From Candidatus Hydrogenedentota bacterium (GTDB lineage Bacteria > Hydrogenedentota > Hydrogenedentia > Hydrogenedentales > CAITNO01): a DNA stretch of 64,000 bases. The notes beneath the pieces were generated by a model. That model was given only the letters and a program-made list of their open reading frames with translations, made no database searches and was not told where the DNA came from. The DNA lies in the NCBI GenBank assembly GCA_018056705.1, contig JAGPFE010000006.1, positions 8,437 to 72,436 of the forward strand. The letters are read 5' to 3'. Shown here piece by piece: positions 1-10,083 of the stretch (positions are counted from its first letter, which is position 1; every line of letters starts with the position of its first letter). Position numbers and translations under genes: made by a program.

Positions 1-71
1 ACGTTGAACAGAACGTGTCCACGCGATCGATCATGACGCATAAGCCGGTTCCTTGTTCCTGGTCGCGGACG

Positions 72-2696
72 TTATCGCATGCGGCTGAAGCCACCGGCAG
101 CCCCGCCCCGCGCGGAGGGCGCGGTGGGCGTGATCACGGGGGCCACCCGGGGACTGAACTGGCGCGACGGCACTTCAAAGCGAGGCGAAGGATGGGAAAT
201 CTCGGCAATCCTCGGGGAGCGGCTCATCGGCTGTTCCACGCGCGGGATGGCCACTTCGTCAAATCGCCTGGCCGTTTCTGGCATCACGGATGGAACCCGG
301 GGTGGCGCGACTTCCTTCCCGCCAGTCAATCCAGATAACCCCGTCATGGGACGCGAAGAACCTGTCATCGGTCTAAAGCCTGGACTGGAGGGCATGGTTG
401 GAACGATGTCCCGCGTGACAGAGGGTGCGGAAGTGACCGCCGGAAAACGCGGATCCAGTCCCCGTGTAGACGGAACGATTGTCCGGCCACGGTTGGTATC
501 GCGGGACCGATCCGTATCGGCCGACGGTCGAGAGGGCGGCGTGGTTGGCCGCGTGGTGCTTCCGCTTCCGCTGGAGCCCCGGCTTCTGCCAGGCAACATG
601 GGCGATGCCGGTTCCATGTCGCGTACCGCTACGCGGGGGGCGAACTCCGGCACGGTATCCGTCGGCCGGGTCTCCGGAACACGAACGGGCGTACGCGCGG
701 GACCTTTCTGTTCAGGAACAGCCATGGTTTCCGGTCGGATCGTCCGGGACTCCCGGTTCACCGGGACAGGAGACCGGTCCACGGTGACCGGCGAGGAAGC
801 AGCCGGAGAACCCTGGTCCCCTCCTGCCGAAGAACGCCCCACGTTCACGAAGGGACGGTGCGGCGTGGTATTGGTAAAGGTGGGCACACCAGCAGATGCC
901 TCGTTCTCCTGGAATCCAGAACGTGGTGAACGCGCGGCACCTCCCCGTGGCGTACGCAAGGCATGCGTCCTTTCCAGGGGAGTCGCCATGCCTGGCACAC
1001 TGGCCTGGGCCGCATCCGAGGCACGTGACGCGGCGACTGGCCGGCCCATGCCGGAAACAGGTAATTCCCGGGCCGCGGTGGACGCACCCGCGGGCCTCGC
1101 GGGGATTTCATAGGTGTCCTTGGCCATTTGCGCCCGGATCCTGCGGTCGATGCCACCCGTGGGCTGGGTCGCGGACAGGTTTTCCGGTAACCGCACCGAC
1201 CGGGGCGACAATGCGGTCCGATTATCCGCCGTCAGGGGCGTGGTACGGACCGAGCGGTTTATGCCGTCCCGGACGGTCGTTCCGGCCTGTTGGGTGGGTT
1301 GAAACGTTGCCCGGGCTACCCTTGACTCCAGCACCTGGGCCCGCGCGGACGGCGTCACATCTTCGGCCAGCAACGCCTGGGGCACGCCCCGGATACTTCG
1401 CGGCGGGTTGTAATCCCGCACCCGGATGGTATCCTCCGGATACACGGGACGCGGCACGCGCCGAGGATAACTGGTATTCACGTAGATGTTCCAGATATTG
1501 ACCTGGGTCACGGGAACCGTGCGGACGACATCGACGATAGCCGGCGTCGCGGGATACACCACGGCACAGCCCGTGGTAACGTACGTGGCTGGCATCCAGC
1601 TGACCGCGGCAACGCTGAAGGAGAGGTCCCCCACGCTGAACACCGCCGCGTCCGCCACCAGCACGGGCCGGGCGTAAAAGTCGCAGGGCGCCCAAAGGAA
1701 CCGATCGCCCACGCTGATGGTCACGGCCCACGCGGGACTCCAGACGGGATCATACGTCCAGACCCATCCGTACGCGCTCACGTAACGCCAGCGGCCGTAA
1801 TGTTCCGTCACGTAACAGAACGGATAGGCTCCCACCCAGACATGGCCCACGGCGGGCACGTAGTTCCAGTACCCGTAGCGGAAGGGCACGTAATCGACTA
1901 TGACCGGTCGCCAGCAGGGACGGTCGTCGATATACACCCAGGTGCCATTGGTGGCCAGTTCCGCGGCCCCGATGGCGGATACCACGGGAATCTCCCGGGG
2001 CAGGGTCTTGACGCCATTGGCCAGCAGGGCGGCGCGATCGGCGTTCCACTGGTCAAAGGCGTCTGACTGGCTTCGATCGATGGCCACCGGATCGGAGGGC
2101 AACATTCCAGGATCCACCCAGACCCGGTATCCCTGGGATACCCGGACAGATCCGCCATTATCCGTCCGTACTTCCGCGCTTCCCCAGCGGACAGTTACCG
2201 TTACCCCCCCGTTATCCACGATGTCCACCCGGACGGCGCTGTCGGCGTAGACCTCGACGTTACCCGCAGGCGTCTGCATCAGGCATTGCCCGGGCGCGCC
2301 GACCAGCCGCTGCACGTAAAAAGAACCGATCCATCCCCGGAACTGGAACGATGGCGTGAGGGCAACCAGTTCCACCTTGCTGGCGTCCGCCATCCGGAGA
2401 AACGTACCGCCGGCAAACTCCAGTTCCGAAGCCCCCCCTTCATCGACCCACAGGGTATCGCCGGGTAGCGCGAGGGTGTTGATGGACACCCGTGACCAGT
2501 CCGTGTCTTTCAAACCGCGGATGAGCATTCCGCCCCCGTCGAAACTGACACGACCGTGAGGCGGCGGGGCCACTTCATCCGCGCGCACCATGCCGGGTAA
2601 CACCACCACCGCCACCGGCACCACGACGGTCATCAGGAAACGCAGCGATCCGGCCAATCCATGATCCCGATCGCGTCTACGCCGTATCGTGTTCAT
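72..2696 (-). CDS. FecR-domain protein with Trp/Tyr-rich central block and ~470-aa Pro/Arg/Ser/Thr-rich low-complexity C-terminal tail (membrane-anchored or secreted)
   Basis: 874-codon stop-free ORF, ATG at 2694-2696, RBS-like GGAG upstream. N-terminal hydrophobic anchor, FecR-like beta region (GDTLWVDEGGASELEFAGGTFLRMADASKVEL), then W-rich block YWNYVPAVGHVWVGAYPFCYVTEHYGRWRYVSAYGWVWTYDPVW. The C-terminal half is compositionally biased, so that part is less certain. Confidence 0.5.
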   Translation of the reverse strand: MNTIRRRRDRDHGLAGSLRFLMTVVVPVAVVVLPGMVRADEVAPPPHGRVSFDGGGMLIRGLKDTDWSRVSINTLALPGDTLWVDEGGASELEFAGGTFLRMADASKVELVALTPSFQFRGWIGSFYVQRLVGAPGQCLMQTPAGNVEVYADSAVRVDIVDNGGVTVTVRWGSAEVRTDNGGSVRVSQGYRVWVDPGMLPSDPVAIDRSQSDAFDQWNADRAALLANGVKTLPREIPVVSAIGAAELATNGTWVYIDDRPCWRPVIVDYVPFRYGYWNYVPAVGHVWVGAYPFCYVTEHYGRWRYVSAYGWVWTYDPVWSPAWAVTISVGDRFLWAPCDFYARPVLVADAAVFSVGDLSFSVAAVSWMPATYVTTGCAVVYPATPAIVDVVRTVPVTQVNIWNIYVNTSYPRRVPRPVYPEDTIRVRDYNPPRSIRGVPQALLAEDVTPSARAQVLESRVARATFQPTQQAGTTVRDGINRSVRTTPLTADNRTALSPRSVRLPENLSATQPTGGIDRRIRAQMAKDTYEIPARPAGASTAARELPVSGMGRPVAASRASDAAQASVPGMATPLERTHALRTPRGGAARSPRSGFQENEASAGVPTFTNTTPHRPFVNVGRSSAGGDQGSPAASSPVTVDRSPVPVNRESRTIRPETMAVPEQKGPARTPVRVPETRPTDTVPEFAPRVAVRDMEPASPMLPGRSRGSSGSGSTTRPTTPPSRPSADTDRSRDTNRGRTIVPSTRGLDPRFPAVTSAPSVTRDIVPTMPSSPGFRPMTGSSRPMTGLSGLTGGKEVAPPRVPSVMPETARRFDEVAIPRVEQPMSRSPRIAEISHPSPRFEVPSRQFSPRVAPVITPTAPSARGGAAGGFSRMR

Positions 2697-2752
2697 GTCC
2701 GTACTCCACGCGATCCATGTCGCGTTTCAACCACGTTCACTTTGCGACTCTA

Positions 2753-2758
2753 TATAAT
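2753..2758. promoter_or_regulatory. TATAAT -10-like element in an AT-rich divergent intergenic region between the FecR-like gene and a plus-strand small ORF
   Basis: ctctatataatagg at 2749-2762 in an otherwise GC-rich context; no clean -35 was found on either strand. Confidence 0.3.
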
Positions 2759-2861
2759 AGGACGACCCGGCCGGACCGGTTATTCACGGTCGCCGCGGCA
2801 TGGCGGCCCCATCGTAAACCGGTGTTTTGGAATACGTGGCGTTTCCTGTTAGGATAACGGC

Positions 2862-3236
2862 ATGACACCAAGGGAATGCTGGCAGGAATTCATGGGGAAT
2901 CTGACCCCGGCGGAGTTCATGGCGTTTTTTGACGCGGGCGAACCGGGGGATTGTGTGAGAAACAGTCCGTTTGTCAAGAAAATACCGGACTTCATGGGTA
3001 TCATCCGCCGGGGAACCTGGAAGGAAACCTTCGCGCCGGGTCGGGAACAGATTAACCGACTGGCCCTGGAAGAACTATTGATCGAATACCTGGAACAGAC
3101 CCGGCAGGAATGGGAAGAATTGGTGCGGGAGGTCAGGCATTCCCGAAAGGCCAACCACGCAGATTCGGACGATCGAAACGCCGCGGGCGGCATCAACCCC
3201 GCCGCCACGTCCGGCAATCCGCCAACGTCCTCCTGA
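2862..3236 (+). CDS. hypothetical protein (124 aa)
   Basis: ATG at 2862 with AGGA 9 nt upstream, downstream of the TATAAT element; no recognisable domain; followed 18 nt later by the heptosyltransferase gene. Confidence 0.35.
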   Translation: MTPRECWQEFMGNLTPAEFMAFFDAGEPGDCVRNSPFVKKIPDFMGIIRRGTWKETFAPGREQINRLALEELLIEYLEQTRQEWEELVREVRHSRKANHADSDDRNAAGGINPAATSGNPPTSS

Positions 3237-3254
3237 ACCGTCGATGGGACCATC

Positions 3255-4367
3255 ATGACGACGAGCAGGGATCCCGCCATCTTCTTCCACGCGCCCAACT
3301 GGCTGGGGGACGCCGTAATGGCCACGCCAGCCCTGCGGGCCACGCGCGCGAACTGGCCAGGCTATAAAATCATCCTCGCGGGCACCCCGACCGCCTGTGA
3401 TGTATTACAAGGCCTTTCATTCTTCGATGAAACCATCGTCATTCCGCCACGGGCCGGCCTGGGAAAGATGCTCGATATCGCGCGCGCCATCCGGCGCGAC
3501 CACGCCGTGGATGCCGCGATCATCCTCCCCCATTCACTCCGCGCGGCCCTGCTGGCCTGGCTGATCGGCGCCCGGCGGCGGCTAGGTATCGACCGGGGTG
3601 GACGCCGGTGGTTCCTGACCGATCCCGTACCCCCCCGGCGTAACGGCAAACGGATCGTTCCCGAGTACATGGTGCTCGAGTACCTGCGGGTGGTGGCAGC
3701 AGCCGGCGGACAGGCCGATGATTCGGGCCCCTGCCTCGCCGTGTCGGCAATGGCCAGAAAACGCGTGGCCGAAACGCTGCCGCGGGATGAGCGTCCGGTG
3801 GTGGCCATTGCCCCGGGCGCGGCGTTTGGTCCGAGCAAGCGATGGTACCCGGAACGGTTCGCGGCGGTGGCAGATCAGATGGCCCGGGAATGGAACGCCA
3901 CGATCGTCCTGCTGACGGGACCGGGAGAAGAAGCCATCCGCGCGGCCACGCGCCAGGCTGCCCACGTTCCGTTGCGGGAAATCCGGGAAGGCGGTATCGA
4001 GACCCTGAAAGCCCTGATCGAACGGGCGGACCTGCTCATCACGAACGACAGCGGTCCCCGGCACATCGCGGTGGCACTGGGCACGCCGGTCATCTGCGTG
4101 ATGGGCCCCACCTCCCCGGCCTACACGGATGGCCCATGGGAAAAAGGGACCATTGTCAGGGTGCCGATGCCCTGCGCGCCCTGCCAGCAACCCCTGTGCC
4201 CCCTCGAACACCACGCGTGCATGCGGGATGTCACGGTGGACATGGTAGTAAGCGCCGCCCGGCCATGGCTGAAGGACGCCACCACCCGCCTCCCCAGCCG
4301 TGGGACTGGGACCAACCATATATCCGCGACCGAGTCGCTCGACAACGGGGAGCATGACGCGCAATGA
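3255..4367 (+). CDS. glycosyltransferase family 9 (ADP-heptose:LPS heptosyltransferase-like)
   Basis: 370 aa; the N-terminal NWLGDAVMATPALRA and C-terminal NDSGPRHIAVALGTPVICVMGPTSP motifs are typical of the WaaC/WaaF/RfaQ GT9 family. Confidence 0.8.
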   Translation: MTTSRDPAIFFHAPNWLGDAVMATPALRATRANWPGYKIILAGTPTACDVLQGLSFFDETIVIPPRAGLGKMLDIARAIRRDHAVDAAIILPHSLRAALLAWLIGARRRLGIDRGGRRWFLTDPVPPRRNGKRIVPEYMVLEYLRVVAAAGGQADDSGPCLAVSAMARKRVAETLPRDERPVVAIAPGAAFGPSKRWYPERFAAVADQMAREWNATIVLLTGPGEEAIRAATRQAAHVPLREIREGGIETLKALIERADLLITNDSGPRHIAVALGTPVICVMGPTSPAYTDGPWEKGTIVRVPMPCAPCQQPLCPLEHHACMRDVTVDMVVSAARPWLKDATTRLPSRGTGTNHISATESLDNGEHDAQ

Positions 4368-4609
4368 AGACGGTGTATGTCGTCACCATGTGGTCCGGCG
4401 GACGACCGGCCAAGAAATGGAAAACCGAAACCCAGCCCGAACCCTTGCCCATGGGAACGGGCGTAACCTTCATCAGCCTCGCAACCAGGCTACGGGTCAC
4501 GGTCATTGGAAGCGTGTCGGTAGAAGAATACGAATCAGGAAAAGAAGAGATCGAGACGGGACAGTACGAGCCCGCGCCCGACACGGACCGGCTGGAGCGG
4601 CTATATTAG
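4364..4609 (+). CDS. hypothetical small protein (81 aa), translationally coupled to the heptosyltransferase
   Basis: ATGA start/stop overlap at 4364-4367; no known domain; may be spurious. Confidence 0.3.
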   Translation: MKTVYVVTMWSGGRPAKKWKTETQPEPLPMGTGVTFISLATRLRVTVIGSVSVEEYESGKEEIETGQYEPAPDTDRLERLY

Positions 4610-4613
4610 ATCG

Positions 4614-5555
4614 TCACCGGGCCCAGATAACCCGGTCGACCAGGGGCAGGTAGTCCGACCAGTCCTGGCCACGGCTACGGGTTTCCCGGATCACGCGCAG
4701 GAACGCTTCCGTCTGGGCATCCAGGTTATCAATAAAATGCAGGGCCACCGCCTCGGCGGTCCTGGGCGTGACGGGCGATCCGTTCTGAAGTTCACCGTGG
4801 TGCGAGAGCACGCAGTGGATCAGCCGCAGGCGCAATTCTTCCGGAAAGGTATCGAGGCGGGCGATGGCGCGCTCCAGCAAGGTGGCACCCAGGTGGAGGT
4901 GACCCAGTAATTTCCCCGCGTCGGTGTAATCCACCACGAGGTCGTGGGTCATTTCCTCCAGTTTGCCGATATCGTGGAAAAAAATGGCTGTCACCAGCAG
5001 GTCCCGGTTCAATTCGGGGAACAACTCGCACAGCGTTTCCGCGAGACAGGTCATTTCCAGGCAATGACGCAGAAGGCCCCCGGCGTATTCGTGATGCCAT
5101 TTCTTTCCCGCGGACGCGAGGCAGAACCGGTCCATCAACTGGGTATCATCGAGAAAAACCCGCAACAGTCGTTTCAGGTCCGGGTGTTCCACTTCCCGTA
5201 GTTTGGCCAGGTACCGCTCGCGATCCTCCGTGGGATCCTGGCTCGTGCCTTTCAGGTCCGCGAGATCGTAATCCCCCGGGTTCAGCGCGGCAATCGATTC
5301 GATCCGAATCTGCGGCCGTCCCTGAAACGTGTGCACCATGCCGCGCGCGGCGACCACGTCCCCCACCTCAAACAGGCGGCTCAGCGCGTCCACGCCATCC
5401 CAGGCGACCGCGCCGATCTCCCCTGTCTTATCCCGTAACACCAGGCCCAGAAACCTGCCGCCGTTCTGTCGGGCACGCAAATCCTTCCGGACTACCAGGA
5501 AATAATCATTCACCCGGTCGCCATCTCTTAACTCAGCCACGTACTGACGTTTCAT
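4614..5555 (-). CDS. yhaM: YhaM-like 3'-5' exoribonuclease (OB-fold + HD domain)
   Basis: 313 aa with an N-terminal OB-fold region and the HD motifs FFHDIGK and HHGELQNGSPVTPRTAEAVALHFIDNLDA. Confidence 0.7.
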   Translation of the reverse strand: MKRQYVAELRDGDRVNDYFLVVRKDLRARQNGGRFLGLVLRDKTGEIGAVAWDGVDALSRLFEVGDVVAARGMVHTFQGRPQIRIESIAALNPGDYDLADLKGTSQDPTEDRERYLAKLREVEHPDLKRLLRVFLDDTQLMDRFCLASAGKKWHHEYAGGLLRHCLEMTCLAETLCELFPELNRDLLVTAIFFHDIGKLEEMTHDLVVDYTDAGKLLGHLHLGATLLERAIARLDTFPEELRLRLIHCVLSHHGELQNGSPVTPRTAEAVALHFIDNLDAQTEAFLRVIRETRSRGQDWSDYLPLVDRVIWAR

Positions 5556-5584
5556 GCGTTGTTATTCCGGAACCTCAGGGTTGG

Positions 5585-6607
5585 TTATCCCATGCCTTCG
5601 TTGGTTGATTTATCCATTTCTTTACGGCGCTGCTGGCGCTGCTGTTCCCGTTTTTCGTCCCGCTGTCGCTCTTCCTCGGTCTTTTCGGGTTCCGGAATCG
5701 CGCCGGTGGCGGGATCAGGCACGGCGAACAGGTAGACCCGCTGTTCCAGCGCACCGGTGCCGGTAATGCCTCCCCAGTGCACCGCGTACACGCCGGGAGA
5801 AAGTTGGGTATCGGGAACAATCACGTACAGCGTGCCGTCCGGATCGTCCACCGGGCGCAGGGTAATGGACACCCGCGCATCCGCCACCCAGACCGCCTGG
5901 TAGTATGTTTCCTCGGCCTGCCGTTTCTCGGCAGCAGTGTTACCGGACGTGGTGGTCTTCACCCCGGCACGCTTTCGGGCGGACAACGCGTCGGACGGCG
6001 CGGCCAATGCCCGGCGTAGACGCCACAACCGGGTTTCCCGCATGGGCATCCGGGCGGCCACCAGGAACCGGTCCGAGGCGGGATCGGGAAACGCGTCCGG
6101 CCCACCGGAAAACACCGGCTTCGGAAAAAGAATCGATGGAACCACGGTCAGGGCCGGTGTCGGCCCCACGTCTCGAACCATAAAAACGGCAGGACGGGCA
6201 ACGTCCAAGGGTCGATAGTGTCCCTTTTCCGCCAGGTAAACCCCTTCCACGGAAGGCACCGGCCATAATCGGGGTACTTCAGCCACCCGGTTCCATATCG
6301 TGCCGAGATCGGAAGAAATCGGAAGGATAACGCGGGTATAGCCGCTTTTCATGAAAACGATCTTGCCGGGACAGCGCGTCGCCCCCAGTCGGTATCGACC
6401 CAGCGGATCGGACAGCCCCGAACGCGCGGGATCTTCCCCGGCAACCGTGACCGCCACCCCCGGCAAGGGTTGCCCCAGCCAGTCTTCCACCTTCCCTTCG
6501 ATGAACATCCCGGGGTACCCCGCGCAACCGGTAACCCCGCACAACACGCCCGCGATAACCGGAACGATCCACGCCGTCAGCCGTATTATGCCACCCGTTC
6601 GTTGCAT
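5585..6607 (-). CDS. lipoprotein with carboxypeptidase-regulatory-like beta-sandwich domain and charged C-terminal tail
   Basis: Start moved to the internal ATG (cat at 6605-6607): MQRTGGIIRLTAWIVPVIAGVLCGVTGC gives a signal peptide with lipobox VTGC. The longer ORF to 6826 would overlap the upstream gene by 240 nt. Also carries the GKVEDWLGQPLPGVAVTVAGED motif. Confidence 0.5.
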   Translation of the reverse strand: MQRTGGIIRLTAWIVPVIAGVLCGVTGCAGYPGMFIEGKVEDWLGQPLPGVAVTVAGEDPARSGLSDPLGRYRLGATRCPGKIVFMKSGYTRVILPISSDLGTIWNRVAEVPRLWPVPSVEGVYLAEKGHYRPLDVARPAVFMVRDVGPTPALTVVPSILFPKPVFSGGPDAFPDPASDRFLVAARMPMRETRLWRLRRALAAPSDALSARKRAGVKTTTSGNTAAEKRQAEETYYQAVWVADARVSITLRPVDDPDGTLYVIVPDTQLSPGVYAVHWGGITGTGALEQRVYLFAVPDPATGAIPEPEKTEEERQRDEKREQQRQQRRKEMDKSTNEGMG

Positions 6608-7359
6608 TCCCGCATGAACCTGGCGCCCACGCGCGCGCTTTCCAGTGAATCCGTCGCCGATTCGTCCTGTTCGACGAAATACCACCGCGCGCCAGCCCGG
6701 GCGGCTTCCGGAAGAATCTTTCCCCAGGGCATTTCGCCCTGTCCAAGCTCCGTCAGGCGGGGCATACCATCCCCCGGAGCGCGGGTATAGTCCTTCGCGT
6801 GCAGCAACGGACACCTGCCCGCGCAACGACGTAACAGTTCACACACGTCCGCGCCGGCCAGTGCCGCCCAGCAGGTATCGAGTTCAATGAGCAGATGTTC
6901 CGGATCAGCCGAGGCCAACAGCAACTCAAAAGGAACCGACCCGTCCGACAGCGGCACGAACTCATGCGAGTGATTGTGGTAGCACAACCATAATCCTTCC
7001 CGGCGGAACTGAACCCCCATCTCGTCCAGCCGGGCACCCGCAGTCCGCCAGGCGTCACGGTCCGGACAAAGTTCCGGTCCCAGCCAGGGCACCACAACCC
7101 ATGACACGCCAAACTTCTGGGCGATACGCGTCACCTGGTCCCCCTGGTGAACCAGGGTCTCATAGGGCACGTGCATGCTGACGGGCGTAAGGCCTTCCCG
7201 CCGGAGCATCGTCATGAATTCTTCGGGGGATCTGCCATGAAAACCGGCCGTTTCGACATACTCGTATCCCGCTTCCCGGATCTGGCGCAACGTCGCGGGA
7301 AGATCCCGGTCGAGGTGATCCCTGACCGTGTATAACTGGAGACCGAATGGGTATTTCAT
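6586..7359 (-). CDS. sugar phosphate isomerase/epimerase (xylose isomerase-like TIM barrel)
   Basis: 257 aa; MKYPFGLQLYTVRDHL ... ELDTCW ... HAKD motifs typical of the AP endonuclease 2/xylose isomerase-like family; ATG at 7357-7359 with a GGAGCGG RBS. Confidence 0.7.
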   Translation of the reverse strand: MKYPFGLQLYTVRDHLDRDLPATLRQIREAGYEYVETAGFHGRSPEEFMTMLRREGLTPVSMHVPYETLVHQGDQVTRIAQKFGVSWVVVPWLGPELCPDRDAWRTAGARLDEMGVQFRREGLWLCYHNHSHEFVPLSDGSVPFELLLASADPEHLLIELDTCWAALAGADVCELLRRCAGRCPLLHAKDYTRAPGDGMPRLTELGQGEMPWGKILPEAARAGARWYFVEQDESATDSLESARVGARFMRECNERVA

Positions 7360-7395
7360 TATTCCGCTCCGGCAGTATCCGTCCTAATAGTAAAC

Positions 7396-7423
7396 GGAGC
7401 AGCGGGACAAATCCCACTGCTCC
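7396..7423 (-). terminator. putative intrinsic terminator after rplQ
   Basis: Inverted repeat GGAGCAGCGGG-acaaat-CCCACTGCTCC; on the minus-strand transcript it is followed by GUUUACUAUU. Confidence 0.45.
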
Positions 7424-7447
7424 CGGTAATTCGGCCTGAATGCCCGT

Positions 7448-7828
7448 TTATTCTTCTTCCTGCTTGTACTCGCCCAGCCCGACCAGTTCTATGCGCGCCT
7501 GCAGGGAACCATCACCGAGCCTGTTCCCCAGCCGCAGGATGCGGGTGTATCCCCCGGGACGCTCCTGGAACGCCGGACCGATGGTGGTAAAGAGTTTTCT
7601 CACCACCTCGTTATCCCGCAAGAGCGCGAAGGCGCGGCGACGGTTGGCCAGCGTGTCCTTCCTGGCCATCGTGATGATGGGTTCGGCAAACCGGCGCAAT
7701 TCCTTGGCCTTGAAAATGCCCGTGGTGATGGCATCATGCCGGAACAGGGCAACGGCCAGGCTGCGCATGGTCGCCTCCCGGTGGGCCATGTCTCTGCCAA
7801 GTCTTCTTCCCGCTTTTCTATGACGCAT
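7448..7828 (-). CDS. rplQ: 50S ribosomal protein L17
   Basis: 126 aa, L17 signature; ATG with AAGGA RBS. Confidence 0.95.
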   Translation of the reverse strand: MRHRKAGRRLGRDMAHREATMRSLAVALFRHDAITTGIFKAKELRRFAEPIITMARKDTLANRRRAFALLRDNEVVRKLFTTIGPAFQERPGGYTRILRLGNRLGDGSLQARIELVGLGEYKQEEE

Positions 7829-7845
7829 GGGGTGATTCCTTCCGC

Positions 7846-8901
7846 TTATTGATCTGCCTTGTCAAGATCATCGTCATCGTCTTCGTTATCGTCGTCTTCG
7901 CCGTGGACCGGTCCACCCAGAGATCCGGGAATCGCCGGAGGCACTCCCCGCACGGTCATACCCAGGGACAGGCCGAGTTCAGCCACCTTTTCCCGGATTT
8001 CTTCCAGGCTCTTCTTGCCGAAATTCGGCAGTTTGAGCAGGTCGCCCTCGGTAAACTGAACCAGTTGGCCAATCATGGAAACACCGGCCGCCCGCAGGCA
8101 GTTGCTCGCGCGCGCGCTCAACTCAAGCTTGGAAACCGGCTCAAGCATCTCCGGGTTGATCTGCTCGCCCGGCAGGGACGTTTCGGTACCTTCCTCGACG
8201 CGGAGGTCCTTGAAGTCACAGAAGATCCTGAAGTGGTTAATCAGGATCTCGGCGGATTTTTTAAGAGCCTCTTCGGGGGTAATGGCGCCGGTGGTCCAGA
8301 TGTCCAGGATGAGCCGGTCATAATCGGTCATCTGGCCCACCCGCGCGTCTTCAATGATGAAGTTCACGCGGGTTACCGGGGAAAAATTGGCGTCCATGTA
8401 GATGGTGCCCAGCGGCGCGTGAGGCTGCTCCAGTTGCTCGGAAAGCACGAAGCCGTAGCCGTTGTCCACCTTGATTTCCATGGTCACCGACGCGGCATCG
8501 GACACGGCAGTAAAAATCAACTGTTCGGGATTGAACACGTCCACCGGCTGCCCCGCGAACAGGTCGCCCGCGGTAACGGCCCCCGCGCCTTTCTTCTGGA
8601 ATTTGAAAATGATGGAATTCGGTTCATTCAGCCGGACCCGGCATGCCTTGATGTTCAGGACGATCTCGGATACGTCTTCTTTGACCCCATCAATGGCCAT
8701 GAACTCGTGAGAGGCTTCTTCGAACCGGACGGCCGTCACGGCACTACCCGGGATGGATGCCAGCAGCACGCGCCGCAAGGCGTTACCGACCGTGGTACCG
8801 TACCCCCGTTCAAACGGTTCCACGACGATCCGGGCATAATTGGGATCGTCTCCCGTTTCGACTTTGTAGCCCTGAGGAATGGTAAATTCACGATTAACCA
8901 T
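7846..8901 (-). CDS. rpoA: DNA-directed RNA polymerase alpha subunit, with an extra acidic C-terminal tail
   Basis: 351 aa; N-terminal [16 protein letters not shown] and an alpha-CTD; ends with [17 protein letters not shown]. Confidence 0.95.
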   Translation of the reverse strand: MVNREFTIPQGYKVETGDDPNYARIVVEPFERGYGTTVGNALRRVLLASIPGSAVTAVRFEEASHEFMAIDGVKEDVSEIVLNIKACRVRLNEPNSIIFKFQKKGAGAVTAGDLFAGQPVDVFNPEQLIFTAVSDAASVTMEIKVDNGYGFVLSEQLEQPHAPLGTIYMDANFSPVTRVNFIIEDARVGQMTDYDRLILDIWTTGAITPEEALKKSAEILINHFRIFCDFKDLRVEEGTETSLPGEQINPEMLEPVSKLELSARASNCLRAAGVSMIGQLVQFTEGDLLKLPNFGKKSLEEIREKVAELGLSLGMTVRGVPPAIPGSLGGPVHGEDDDNEDDDDDLDKADQ

Positions 8902-8981
8902 GGTTGCTCAGCCTTTCCTGTCCACCGTCCGCCAGATTCCCCCCGCGCGGCGTCACGTTCGCCGGCAGGACAGCAGCCATG

Positions 8982-9383
8982 TCACACGCGCCGCCGTTTC
9001 CGGGGACGGCAACCGTTGTGAGGAATCGGCGTGACGTCCCGGATGAGCGTGACCGTAAGGCCGGAAGCCTGGATGGCGCGGATCGACGATTCCCGTCCCG
9101 CGCCTGGACCACTCACGTAAGCGCGCACTTCCCGCAGGCCCATGTCGCGGGCCTTGCTGGCGGCCTGTTCAGCAGCCACCTGCGCGGCAAAGGCCGTGCT
9201 CTTTCTGGATCCGGAAAATCCGACCTGGCCGGCGCTGGACCAGGAAATGACATTACCCTGCATGTCGGTAATGCTGATGATGGTGTTGTTGAAGGTAGCC
9301 TGGATGTGGGCAATACCCGAGGTCACATTCAGGGCCACCTTGCGGCGTTTGCTTTTCGCGCCACGACCTTCTTTTGCTGCCAC
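8982..9383 (-). CDS. rpsK: 30S ribosomal protein S11
   Basis: 133 aa, canonical S11. Confidence 0.95.
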   Translation of the reverse strand: MAAKEGRGAKSKRRKVALNVTSGIAHIQATFNNTIISITDMQGNVISWSSAGQVGFSGSRKSTAFAAQVAAEQAASKARDMGLREVRAYVSGPGAGRESSIRAIQASGLTVTLIRDVTPIPHNGCRPRKRRRV

Positions 9384-9445
9384 GTTTCAATCTCCTGAAA
9401 CTGAAAATCACCTGGTTGCGGTTCACGCGAATACCACGGGTAAAC

Positions 9446-9814
9446 TTACTTCTTCTTCTTGACCGCGATGCGGCGAGGCCCTTTACGGGTCCGGGCATTG
9501 GTATGGGTCCTCTGCCCCCTTACCGGCAGACCACGCTTGTGGCGGATGCCCCGGTAACAGTTAATGTCCATCAGGCGTTTGATGCTGGCGGAAACTTCAC
9601 GCCGCAGGTCACCTTCCACCTTGTACTCGTTCTGGATGTCCGCGGCGATGCGCGCCACCTCGTCATCGGTCAGATCGCGCACGCGGGTGTCCGGATTCAC
9701 GCCGGTCCGCTCGAGAATCTGACGGGCCCGGGTGGGACCGATGCCGTAAATGGCCTGCAATCCCGCTTCCACCCGTTTTTCCCGGGGCAGGTCAACGCCA
9801 ATGATACGGGCCAT
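9446..9814 (-). CDS. rpsM: 30S ribosomal protein S13
   Basis: 122 aa, [16 protein letters not shown] start. Confidence 0.95.
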   Translation of the reverse strand: MARIIGVDLPREKRVEAGLQAIYGIGPTRARQILERTGVNPDTRVRDLTDDEVARIAADIQNEYKVEGDLRREVSASIKRLMDINCYRGIRHKRGLPVRGQRTHTNARTRKGPRRIAVKKKK

Positions 9815-9853
9815 GAACCAACTCTCCTTTTCTCACGCGTGCCCGCGGGCACG

Positions 9854-10069
9854 TCATTTCTGCCGATAGATGATGCGACCGCGTGTCAGGTCGTAGGGAG
9901 ACATCTCCACCTTGACGGTATCCCCGGGCAGGATACGGATATAATTCATCCGCATTTTCCCGGAAATATGCGCCAGCACTTTGTGACCGTTTTTCAACTG
10001 CACCCTGAACATGGCGTTCGGGAGCGTCTCCACCACGGTCCCTTCTACCTCAATCGCGCCTTCTTTCAT
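9854..10069 (-). CDS. infA: translation initiation factor IF-1
   Basis: Start set to the internal ATG (cat at 10067-10069), giving 72 aa [25 protein letters not shown]...; the upstream in-frame ORF extension is not IF-1-like. Confidence 0.9.
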   Translation of the reverse strand: MKEGAIEVEGTVVETLPNAMFRVQLKNGHKVLAHISGKMRMNYIRILPGDTVKVEMSPYDLTRGRIIYRQK

Positions 10070-10083
10070 TCGCTCCTTGCGTC

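Noticed and set aside
79-1113. 344-aa Gly/Arg-rich plus-strand ORF
   Set aside because: Antisense to the 874-codon FecR-like gene. Pure low-complexity composition typical of GC-rich antisense frames, with no start context.
5585-6826. Long form of the lipoprotein ORF (413 aa)
   Set aside because: Would overlap the upstream isomerase gene by 240 nt. The internal ATG at 6607 yields a textbook lipoprotein signal peptide.
7849-9021. 390-aa plus-strand ORF
   Set aside because: Antisense to rpoA.
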